From Andalucia godoyi And28 (lineage: Eukaryota; Protista; Jakobida), in the NCBI GenBank assembly GCA_009859145.1, contig VRVR01000012.1:124001-188000 (forward strand): a stretch of 64,000 bases of DNA. The letters run 5' to 3'. Positions 38,517-47,780 of this stretch are shown here, in pieces. The position numbers and the translations under genes were made by a program. How positions within the stretch are numbered: the first letter of the stretch is position 1; every line of letters begins with the position of its first letter. The notes below the pieces were generated by a model. That model was given only the letters and a program-made list of their open reading frames with translations, did no database searches and was not told the DNA's origin.

Positions 38517-40271
38517 ATGTCGAGTTCCGAGCAGCCGAGCCGACAACGACATGAACCCCTAAGCAAGTTTCTCAGTCCTCGCGTTCAGCAAATGGCGTAC
38601 TCGACACATTCTGGAGAGTTTTCGCTGTCGAATTTACCTGCGAGTCGCACAGTTCTGATCCATGTTTCCCTTCCTGATCTGTATTCGGTGATTGCAACAC
38701 TTTCGTCTCGGCGGATCTGGGGAACTGGAGTGTATACGCATGATTCAGACGTGATTGTAGCTGCAGTGCATTCCGGGGCGTTTCAACCGGACGATGTGAA
38801 GTGTGTCCTTGCGTGCAAAGCGCATATTCATCACCCCTTTTTCACGCACGGAAATACCTTTGGACTGGATCGAATCAGCAGTGGTGCGGAGTCCAATACG
38901 AATATGATGAGCTTGGCATTGCTTCCTGCGGGTTCAACGAGTCCTTTGCTCCATTCTTCTTCTTCTTCTTCTTCTTCTTCTTCTTCTTCTTCTTCTTCTT
39001 CTTCTTCTTCTTCTTCTTCTTCTTCTTCTTCTTCTTCTTCTTCTTCTTCTTCTTCTTCTTCTGTTGCTGCTGCTGCTGTTGCTGCTGCTGGCTCCCGACC
39101 GCAGCAGCAACAGCAGCCTGCGAATCAAGGGATATCATCATCATCAACAACAACAACAACAACAACAACGAACACGACGGCAATTTCAAGTGCCGGTGGT
39201 ACTGGGAGGATTCCAGGGACCAGATCCGTTTCGCCATCACGATCGCCATTGACAGTTCCTCCGCAATTTCCGAGCAATAAGCTGCTAGTTGGTGCGATTA
39301 TCCGTATTCAAACGCATCCGCCCCAACCACGATATCTGGGAACCAGTTCACAGTCAGTTACTTCCAGAATGTGGACGGGAACGTCGATGCTTTCTTACAC
39401 GGTCGAGTCTGCCGAACTGATTTTTGACAAGTCGACGCCGGAAGCAAACAGTTTGCGATCGGGGAGACCTGGTTCACCTCCACTGTCGGTCCAGCGAAGA
39501 CTGCACGGGCACAACAATGCGGACTCGGTGTGGGCACGGCGCCTCGTGTCGATTTGGAAGACACAAGGACCAGTACTGGAAGGATTGAGGCTCTCATTCT
39601 CGAGTACATCGAATGAAATCTGGTCCAAGTACGAGCTCGCGAGCATTCATGATGCCGGTGGGCTGCGAAGAGCTTCCCGGGCTTTGTACTCTGGGGAAAC
39701 AGTATTGTGGTTCGAGACCACAGCAGGAGAGTTCTTTCTTCTGTTGCCCGACTACGTTTGCACTGGATGGTCCGACAAACATACGGAAGGTATCGAAGAG
39801 AGAGCAAAGAATCCAGCGTTTTTTGTGGTGCCCGCAAAGGAGTCGTTTGGACAGAAAAGGCACGATACGGGACTGGAAGATTTGCTGAATGCTCTCGAAC
39901 TCCCCAGCGCAAGTGACTGTCCAATGCGCGTATGCTGGAACGACCTCATCTTCCTTCCCACTGGGCTCGCGGTGAAGGGCACGCGAGATGAGATTGTCAA
40001 GACGTTTGACATCAACAATGTGCGCTTTCTCCACCCATCCATGGTAATCCCGTCGCATCCTCCGTATCATGCCATGGCAACGGAGCGCAAGCGTCAGCGC
40101 ACGTCTCCATCGTATCTTGCTGCTCGCGTAAAGCGAGACGAGGCAGAACCAAGTCCTCTTCGATTAAGCGGTCCGCAGCTCCCTGTCCACACTCTCGCCA
40201 CTTCCATGCCCGTCCCCAGCCCAGTTGTTGCAACTTCTTCCTCGAATGCCCGCAAGCGACGAAGAAGGTGA
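38517..40271 (+). CDS. Rxt3/HDC1-like histone deacetylase complex subunit with a poly-Ser tract
   Basis: RRIWGTGVYTHDSDVIVAAVHSG, PPQPRYLGT..VTSRMW..SYTVE and SNEIWSKY..GETVLWFET. Confidence 0.7.
   Translation: MSSSEQPSRQRHEPLSKFLSPRVQQMAYSTHSGEFSLSNLPASRTVLIHVSLPDLYSVIATLSSRRIWGTGVYTHDSDVIVAAVHSGAFQPDDVKCVLACKAHIHHPFFTHGNTFGLDRISSGAESNTNMMSLALLPAGSTSPLLHSSSSSSSSSSSSSSSSSSSSSSSSSSSSSSSSSSSSVAAAAVAAAGSRPQQQQQPANQGISSSSTTTTTTTTNTTAISSAGGTGRIPGTRSVSPSRSPLTVPPQFPSNKLLVGAIIRIQTHPPQPRYLGTSSQSVTSRMWTGTSMLSYTVESAELIFDKSTPEANSLRSGRPGSPPLSVQRRLHGHNNADSVWARRLVSIWKTQGPVLEGLRLSFSSTSNEIWSKYELASIHDAGGLRRASRALYSGETVLWFETTAGEFFLLLPDYVCTGWSDKHTEGIEERAKNPAFFVVPAKESFGQKRHDTGLEDLLNALELPSASDCPMRVCWNDLIFLPTGLAVKGTRDEIVKTFDINNVRFLHPSMVIPSHPPYHAMATERKRQRTSPSYLAARVKRDEAEPSPLRLSGPQLPVHTLATSMPVPSPVVATSSSNARKRRRR
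38955..39062 (+). repeat. (TCT)36 perfect trinucleotide repeat encoding poly-Ser
   Basis: 108-nt uninterrupted TCT run, in frame. Confidence 0.95.
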
Positions 40272-40608
40272 GGAACATTTTGCTTTCATTAGACTCTTTC
40301 ATTCTTTGATTTTTGTGATTTGCAAAAACACTTGAAATCTTTGCTTGAATTCGATGTTCGGGATGGGTTTTCTTGGGGGAGGACAACGCGCATAAAACAT
40401 AGTCGCACAGTAGGCAAAAAAAAAAAAAAAAAAGAGAGACTGTTCGAATGCGGAAAACGAAATGACAAAAAGAAGGGGATGGGGGAAAAACACCGGTTCC
40501 ATACTCTCGAGTGAATTTACCTGAAACACACAAACAAGAAAGGGCAGCAAAAACAGAGCATACAAAAGTCTCCAGACACATCTGACGAAACACGAATTCC
40601 GTTGAGAT

Positions 40609-42123
40609 TTAGTACTTTCCAGAGGCGGAAAGCTCGTCTCCGATGCGGACGATTTCCTTGAGCACCGCCTCGTGGTCCTCGAACGACGCACCCGGATTGC
40701 AAGTGATGTGTCGGAAGAAGTGTGGCACTCCCGGAACATCGGCAAAGTTTGTCAGAACAGTTCCGTCCAACTGAATCTGTCGGCGGATTCTCTCTGTGAT
40801 ACGATCCAAGACTGCGTCACGTTCCGCAGAGCGAGGCTGGTTTCGCAGATGCGGAGGGACATACCAGAAGCACACGTTCAGGGACTGCGGATGGTGGGCC
40901 ATCTCCATGGCCCCGTTCGACTCACGGACTCGGCGTTCGCAGTAACTTGTGCACGCAAACGCATGGTCTACACGCATCTCAAGCCCAGACGTTCCGTGGA
41001 CTTTCCATGCGCACCACAGCTTAAACGCATCCACACGACGTCCGCAGTTCAGAGTCAAATCACCCACATCGTAATTCTTCTCCTCGTACTCGTGGAACAG
41101 GTAATCGGCACCCATGGCATTGCATGCTCGCAGCACCCCGGCCTTGCGGATCAGGACCGCTGCGCACTGTTGCGGAAGCCCCAAGCACTTGGTTCCGGTG
41201 ACTGCCACCGAGTTTGCTCGGTGCACTCCATCCATGCGCTTGCGCTCCTTGGAGGAGAACAAGCAGTGTCCACCCCAGCAAGCGTCCACATGGAGCCAGA
41301 GTCCGTGGCGTTCACAAACATCTGCAATCGCGTTCAGCGGGTCATACGCACCATACACGGTAGTTCCACAAGTTGCATTGACCATGAAAGGAGTCCTTCC
41401 TTCGGCCTTGGCAGCGACAATGGCTTCTTCCAGCAGCTTAGGATCCATCATTCCCTCGTCATTCACGCCGACATTCACGCATGCCTCCATTCCCATTCCC
41501 ATAACCGCCACCGTTCGCTTAACCGTGTAGTGCGAATGCGACGAAGTGAACGCCACCGGCTTGACTTTCGCGACATCGATTCCCTTCTTCTTTGATTCCG
41601 GGAACATCATGTGACGCGCGGCCAGAATTCCAAGCATGTTCGCATGCGCTCCGCCAGGTGCAAACGTGCCCTCTGCATGCGCAGGATCCCAGCCAATCAT
41701 TCCCAAGAATCGATCCACACACTGCATCTCCATCAGCGTGAACACCGGTGCAACTTCATACGTATACATCGACGTGTTCAGAACAGCAAGCAGCATTTCT
41801 GCAATCACGGCTGCAACATCCGTACCAGCCCACAGCTGATTAAAAAAGCGGATGTGTCCTGTGCGCATCGAGTATGCAACCGTCTTCTTCATATCTTCAA
41901 GCAATGCTTCGTATCCAGTCCCATTCTGAGGAAGCGTGATATCCATCAACGCAGCAAGATCAGACGGTCCTTTGTACGCATGGACGGGAGTTGACGGCGT
42001 GTAGTTCTCCTGAAGATACTTCGCCATCATGGTTGCAACAGAACCAAGCAGAGATTCAAGGTTTGCAGGCAAATCAACTGCTCGACCAGGTGCATTGGGG
42101 TCCGTAGGGTTGTTTCCGCTCAT
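40609..42123 (-). CDS. Group II PLP-dependent decarboxylase (GAD/CSAD/GADL1-like)
   Basis: TGHIRFFNQL, NTSMYTYEVAPVFTLME, PFMVNATCGTTVYGAYDPL, WLHVDACWGG and CGRRVDAFKLWCAWK. ATG at 42123. Confidence 0.9.
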   Translation of the reverse strand: MSGNNPTDPNAPGRAVDLPANLESLLGSVATMMAKYLQENYTPSTPVHAYKGPSDLAALMDITLPQNGTGYEALLEDMKKTVAYSMRTGHIRFFNQLWAGTDVAAVIAEMLLAVLNTSMYTYEVAPVFTLMEMQCVDRFLGMIGWDPAHAEGTFAPGGAHANMLGILAARHMMFPESKKKGIDVAKVKPVAFTSSHSHYTVKRTVAVMGMGMEACVNVGVNDEGMMDPKLLEEAIVAAKAEGRTPFMVNATCGTTVYGAYDPLNAIADVCERHGLWLHVDACWGGHCLFSSKERKRMDGVHRANSVAVTGTKCLGLPQQCAAVLIRKAGVLRACNAMGADYLFHEYEEKNYDVGDLTLNCGRRVDAFKLWCAWKVHGTSGLEMRVDHAFACTSYCERRVRESNGAMEMAHHPQSLNVCFWYVPPHLRNQPRSAERDAVLDRITERIRRQIQLDGTVLTNFADVPGVPHFFRHITCNPGASFEDHEAVLKEIVRIGDELSASGKY

Positions 42124-42263
42124 TTCAAAAATCAAAACAAAATCAAAACAAAAAGGAAGCCACAGAAGAATGAATGGGAAAAGTGGAGGAAAGTGGGAAA
42201 AATAAAGATGGAACTGCCACACAAAAAGATTTAAAACAAAAAAACAACAACAAAAACAACAAC

Positions 42264-42297
<34 letters not shown>

Positions 42298-42380
42298 TTA
42301 AATAAATAAAACATGAAATCTGAAAAGAAAAGAATTGGAGAGAAATGATTAAAACGTGTTGAAAAACCCCAGATGAAATC

Positions 42381-44221
42381 TGTAAGGGCGCTTCCATAAA
42401 ATTCCAATTGTTAGATACGACCCAAGTCGATTTTAGGCGAACACACGAGTTCGCATGGCTGGACGACCCAAGTCGATTTTCATGCGAACTCGTGCTTTGA
42501 ATATGTTGGAAGCTTTGTGCCTGCTCTCCCTCCTTTTTATCGGTGTAGGTTCTCAATGACAAGTAGTTTTTTGCTCCTTGCGCTGTCGCAGAAGTCCCAG
42601 CATGTCGGAATGTCGAGGGAAGGGCGAGATGCTGCGTGTGCGCAGTCGTTGAGCAAGGAGGATATGTGCAGCACTCATCATTCTCATGATGGCCACCTTC
42701 GGTCACCCATTCGCGCACGAGTCGCCTTCGTGGCACAGCGCGGTGCACCGACGGTTGTTCTTGATGCATGGACAGTGTGGGTTGGAGCATTTCTTTTTCG
42801 CTCTCCTACAGTTACAGAAGCGCGGTCCATCGTTTGACAATATCGGCTCGACACCCGTTGAATGCTTCATCCCAGCTTCGGAGACGGATATCGTTTCCAC
42901 TGTCTCTTGGCTTTGGTATTTTTGGAACATGGCTCGGAGTTGCGCATCTTGGTTTGTTGTTCCTTTGGGAGTAAGTGCCACGAGAGCAGAAGACTTCATC
43001 GCAGGCTCAACTAGCTTTCCTTCAAAGAGGACCTTGTACGGATCCATCGGATTTCCCTGTTCTTCGGTTGCGCATCCGCTCTGCGACAACTCCAGGCTGT
43101 CTCGCAGGAGCCAGTTTGCTTGCCCCTGGAACATCTAAATACACTGGCTCTCCCTCTTCGAATGTGACGAGTTTCGCCTTTGCTTTTCTGTCCCTGCTTT
43201 CCCATGTGGTCATCAGCCGCTCTTGTGCCTTGGTTCGAATGCTGTTGTGGGCACTATGGGCCTGATTACGTTCTTCCTCGTCGTCATTGCCATTCCAATC
43301 AGAGACGACGGTGGGCGCAGGCGGTGCAAATTGCGATTGCTCCGGGGATTCCAAGTCCCCGAGGAGATTTGTCGATGGTCAGGTCGATGGGCGATTCCGA
43401 AAGCACCGGCGATTGACGGCTCAAGTCGATTGTCGTATCGGCAGCAGGATGTTGTGGCGATTGTTGAAGGTTGCAGCAAACACGTCGTAGATATCCAAAT
43501 TCTGTCTACGCAATCTCTGAAAAGACATCAGGACAGGAACAGAAGTAAAAGAAAACGGCAAGTGCAAAACACCACAGCAGCAAACGGGTCCGCAGGACGA
43601 TTGCCTGGATGTGGAGATGACGGTTTCATTGGCACAAGTGCTTCTGGCTGCATAGTTTCTCGATATGGGTAGAGCGGGAGCGGAATTAGTGCTGCTGGAC
43701 ATCAGCGAGTTCGTTTGGTGCGATCGGTGAGCTGTACTTTTCAATGTAAAATGTGCTGTCATCCTCAGTTTATTGTCTCATTGTTGCACTTTGGACCGGT
43801 GAGCGCGCGACAGGCGTCGTGATGGGGCTGTCTGTCGTCCGCTGGCAGTGGCGCAAGCACGGTTCTTCAAGAACAAGGCGTGAAACGACGATATCACAGA
43901 AGAACACAGGAGTGCAGAGCTCCGTTGAGCAGCTCCTTGTCGATGCAGGCGCATGCCGATGCACCAAATACATGAACAGCACAGAGAAAAACAGAAATGA
44001 ATGATGATTTTATGACCTAATTAATCAAAAAACACAACTCTGCAGGAAGGCAGCCAAAAGCGACGATTTTTGAGGTACAAAGAGATCTTGTTGCGGACGA
44101 TGCATATATTCGAAATCGCATCTTGGTATTGAGTAGGAACAGAGATATATAACAGAAATGCGCAGCCATGCGATGTCGAGTTCGGTCGGCTCAAAGACTC
44201 TGCTAACGAAGCGCAACTACG
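42381..44221 (-). mobile_element. Decayed DNA transposon (integrase C-terminal/CXC type, Ginger/GIN-like) with imperfect terminal inverted repeats
   Basis: The two ends share motifs in inverted orientation (GTA..GCGCTTC, CGACC.AA.TCGA, TCGCATGGCTG). Frameshifted internal ORFs carry a GPY/F-like segment and a terminal CxC-C-CxC-C-CH-C cluster. Confidence 0.55.
42703..43354 (-). pseudogene. Frameshifted remnant of an integrase/transposase C-terminus
   Basis: Two overlapping frames, KAQERLMTTWESR..FEEGEPVYLDVPGASKLAPARQPGVV and PYKVLFEGKL...CNCRRAKKKCSNPHCPCIKNNRRCTALCHEGDSCAN, can be joined by one frameshift near 43040-43080. Confidence 0.55.
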
Positions 44222-44414
44222 TGTAGTATTTTTCGTTTTTATGTAGGTGTTAATAATTCTTCTTGGAAAAGGGGAAGAAATGTTGTTGCACAAGCGCTGT
44301 GCTTTCTAATTTCAACGTTTTCATTGGAAAATAATAAAATACAGGTGAAATAAAATGCAATCCATGTGATCGTTAAAATAATTAAAATTAAAAAATAAAA
44401 AAAAGACAAGGCTT

Positions 44415-47234
44415 TCATTTTTGACTAGATTTTTTGCCGCTGCTTGACTGCTTGGACTTGGCGGCAGTAGGCGAAGACCGCTTTTCCCCGGTGGATTCGA
44501 CATGGATATTCCTTTCGGAGCCGCGGGGCTTATCAATGCTGTCTCTTTCTTTGAGAGAGACGACTTGGATTTTGACGTTGCCCAGCATTTGGTGCGACGC
44601 TTCAATCTCGTTGACGTTCTTGAGGAGTTCGCGATGGACGGGAGTCGTCGTCGAGTCCCTCGACCACGCTGAAAGACAGTCCCGAATGGCTTTCCCTCGC
44701 TTGAGCGCACCAGGCGTCACACGAGCTTTGTAGCGAAACGAGAGACAGGTGGAGTAAGGAGCAACCATCGGGATTATAAACAAAAACTCGTCGTCTGGAG
44801 ACGGATTTCCTGTCAGGAAGTCCAGGATGGCATTCTCGTCCTCTGTGCCATCGTCGGTGGCTTCCGAAACATTCACGGAGCCTGTGCGGGCCAGATCACC
44901 TTCGCTTCGCTCTACTGCAGCAGCCTCGGCAGCATCCTCCTCGTCATCGACGTCAAGCATGCTCTCATTATTTGATTCCTTCTGGGTCGCATCCACGTGG
45001 TCCGCGTCTTGGTTTGAGGTCGTCTCGGAAGGTTCGTCATCCGACACTGGGCATGATGAGAAGGCCGCATGGCGCGTTTCCGCCGACATGGATGCCTGCG
45101 AGGTTTGCCCGGCTTCTTCTTCTTCCTCGGACAATTCTGGGGAATCAACTGTCGTGCTGACACGTGGCGTGGCAGCGGGAACGGGCGTCGCCTTGTGTCC
45201 AAGGTATGCCATCATCAGCGCCCGATCCTCTTCATCCTGGTCCGCATACTTGGACTTCATCTTCTTTTGCTTAGACCGCTTTCCACGCACAGACTCCTTC
45301 TTTTTCGAAGCCGCATCGTTGGTGATGTGAGGATTGACAGACACAGCCGGTTTGGAATGAACATCCCCTTTGCGCGGTCTACGGACACCAGGAAGGCCTT
45401 TCGTGTGGACTACCAGGTCAAACTCCTGTGATGCTGCAGTCGGCAGATCTTCTGCCTCTCGATTCTCTTCACCGCCATCCTCGTTATCCGAGTCGTCCAG
45501 CCCAGTTGTTCCATCATCTAAACGACCGTGATCAACACGCTTTCCAGAATCAGTCTCCTCTAAACTAGTGACGGTCTGCACGTCTCCAACCCCCGCGGCG
45601 GAGTTCGACGACTTGTTTCCTAACTCCATGATCTCTTCCGGGATATTAGACTCATCCTTTTTGCTCGACACCGTACGAAACAGGCATGCAAAGCCCAGAA
45701 TCAACGGCTGAGGAGTAACATAGTTCTTTTGGCCGCGGATCATGAACGAACCAGTCGGGAGATATTCTCCGGATTGTGCCGTTTTCGAAACTTGGTGAGC
45801 ATACACCCACCACGCGGCCGTCATCACTTTTGCGTCCCAAGCTGCCGATCGAGCCACCGCAAAGCATCCCGCTTCCATTATGGTGTTTTCAGGAATGACG
45901 TGACCGGGATTCCGATTTCGGACAATGCAGGATGCTGCACCGCGGACATCCGCATGCACGTACAAATCAGACGCACGCAAGTACCGCTTCACCAGCCGCT
46001 CATTCTGTTGAGCATCCCGTCCAGAAATAATGAGATACTTGTCCGACGAAATAAACCAATGAAATTTTTCAAAGAAAAAGTGTGGTCTCTGGTTGGAAAT
46101 GGTTCCCACACGGCGGGAATCTGCAATCTTGTCCTTCTTCATCATCGTCTTCTTTTCCTTTTCCCGCAGAACCTTCCCTTCGTACTCAATCGTCTTTTGA
46201 AGCTTGTACTCGGCAGTCTTGCGAAGTTCAAAGTATTGTGTCGCATTCCCCATGGCGGACAGCGACAGATCCAAGTCAACAACTCCACCAGCTAGATCTT
46301 CCTCTTCGCCGTCCAATTCGAGACTGACTGCATTCTTTTCTAACTTCAGCGAGTGCACCATGAGCGCAACAGGATTCCCCGACCGCTTCTGCTCCTTGAA
46401 GATCCGTTTCAATTCCGCCCAGTCAAGTCCCTGGCCAACTCCCGACCGCACCACTTCAAGCGCCTGATCGACACTCTCCTTGTTCAGCTGGATAAGTCTG
46501 GCAAACCGCTCATACTCTGCAACGGATGCCTGGAGTCCTTTGACTCGATTCCCCTGCTGCATCTTCACCTTTTCCATCTTCTTGTCCGCTTTCGAGTCGA
46601 TCGCAGTCTTTTGCTGGGCATTTCGCTGCATATCCATCTTGGAAAAATGCGCATCCACCGCGTCCACAAACATGGGTAAGACCTCCAGCGGTACCTTGTC
46701 TGGAATCGGCTCGAATGTCGCCTCGCCGTCATACACATAGCCCATTGGATGATCGGACATGTGGATATTCACAGGGTTATTCTCTGCAATGTCCTCATTG
46801 TATGTGTCTCCGATTCGAAACCCATCCAGAGGACGCATCACAGCCAATATCTGTCGGTTTTCACGATCGCACACAATCACGTTTCCCTTCGCAAAGAACT
46901 CAAAGTAGACAACAACCGAAAAAAACGTCAGCTTAATGATCCGATCGGTCCCAACCTGCGACGCATCCTCGCACTTACGAGCTCGAAGATGTTTGCGAAG
47001 TTTCACTGCAAAAGGCCCCGGAAGAGTCGGCTTGTCACGATCGAACTTCGTCGTGTGCATTCGAGCCCCAAGCTCAACAAGAACGTACTCCTTTGCATCA
47101 GGCTTCGCAAATTTGAACAGCAGAACACGTGCATCAAGATCATAAATATTCGATATTCGAAGTCCAACAAGTCGACTCTTGAAATCAAGCGCTAATTGTC
47201 GAATCTCACTCGCTGTGAATCGATTCTTTACCAT
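44415..47234 (-). CDS. NEMF: Ribosome quality control subunit NEMF/Rqc2
   Basis: NFACT-N (MVKNRF..IYD..GTDRII), NFACT-R (FFEKFHWFISSD.YLIISGRDAQQNE..HADVRGAAS) and NFACT-C (IPMVAPYS..YKARVTPGALKRGKA). Confidence 0.95.
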   Translation of the reverse strand: MVKNRFTASEIRQLALDFKSRLVGLRISNIYDLDARVLLFKFAKPDAKEYVLVELGARMHTTKFDRDKPTLPGPFAVKLRKHLRARKCEDASQVGTDRIIKLTFFSVVVYFEFFAKGNVIVCDRENRQILAVMRPLDGFRIGDTYNEDIAENNPVNIHMSDHPMGYVYDGEATFEPIPDKVPLEVLPMFVDAVDAHFSKMDMQRNAQQKTAIDSKADKKMEKVKMQQGNRVKGLQASVAEYERFARLIQLNKESVDQALEVVRSGVGQGLDWAELKRIFKEQKRSGNPVALMVHSLKLEKNAVSLELDGEEEDLAGGVVDLDLSLSAMGNATQYFELRKTAEYKLQKTIEYEGKVLREKEKKTMMKKDKIADSRRVGTISNQRPHFFFEKFHWFISSDKYLIISGRDAQQNERLVKRYLRASDLYVHADVRGAASCIVRNRNPGHVIPENTIMEAGCFAVARSAAWDAKVMTAAWWVYAHQVSKTAQSGEYLPTGSFMIRGQKNYVTPQPLILGFACLFRTVSSKKDESNIPEEIMELGNKSSNSAAGVGDVQTVTSLEETDSGKRVDHGRLDDGTTGLDDSDNEDGGEENREAEDLPTAASQEFDLVVHTKGLPGVRRPRKGDVHSKPAVSVNPHITNDAASKKKESVRGKRSKQKKMKSKYADQDEEDRALMMAYLGHKATPVPAATPRVSTTVDSPELSEEEEEAGQTSQASMSAETRHAAFSSCPVSDDEPSETTSNQDADHVDATQKESNNESMLDVDDEEDAAEAAAVERSEGDLARTGSVNVSEATDDGTEDENAILDFLTGNPSPDDEFLFIIPMVAPYSTCLSFRYKARVTPGALKRGKAIRDCLSAWSRDSTTTPVHRELLKNVNEIEASHQMLGNVKIQVVSLKERDSIDKPRGSERNIHVESTGEKRSSPTAAKSKQSSSGKKSSQK

Positions 47235-47780
47235 TTTCCCACACTCTCTTTAGCTCCTCCTTTCGTCTTTTTTTTTTCCTTTTCTCTTCTTTTTCCCCTA
47301 AAAATTTGAATTACAAAAGACTTAAAAAAAAGAAAAGAAAAGAAAAGAAAAGAAAAATAGACGACGCCCTCCTCCACTAGATACTGAAATTAAAATTGAA
47401 AACAAAACGATGATGAAAAACCAAGGCCTGGAAGAATTTGAAAGGAACCAAATGTATACGCAAATAATGATGAAAATGAAAGTGAAAATGAAAATGAAAG
47501 TGAAAATGAATTATTGGTCAATCGGGTTATCCATCGCAAAAGTTGATGGAATTTGAAGTTCAATGCTGTATTAAAATCACTGTAGATGGAGCACCGTTAT
47601 GCCAGTCGACACAGACAAGCAAAACAAGCAAAGCAAACCGATAACCACAGTGGTGATAATCGTAACCAGTGGATACGAGGGAGAAGGGGGATTCATAATC
47701 TGTAAGGAGGGATAACGAAAACCAAAGACGACAACAACGACGACGAAGAAAAGAAAAAGACGACGACGAAGAAGAAGTAA

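Noticed and set aside
38801-39280. Poly-Phe, poly-Lys and poly-Arg ORFs
   Set aside because: These are alternative-frame and antisense readings of the (TCT)36 repeat within the Rxt3-like CDS.
42417-42494. Mini CRISPR-like repeat-spacer unit
   Set aside because: Only two 18-bp repeats, in a eukaryotic context with no cas genes; better explained as transposon subterminal repeats.
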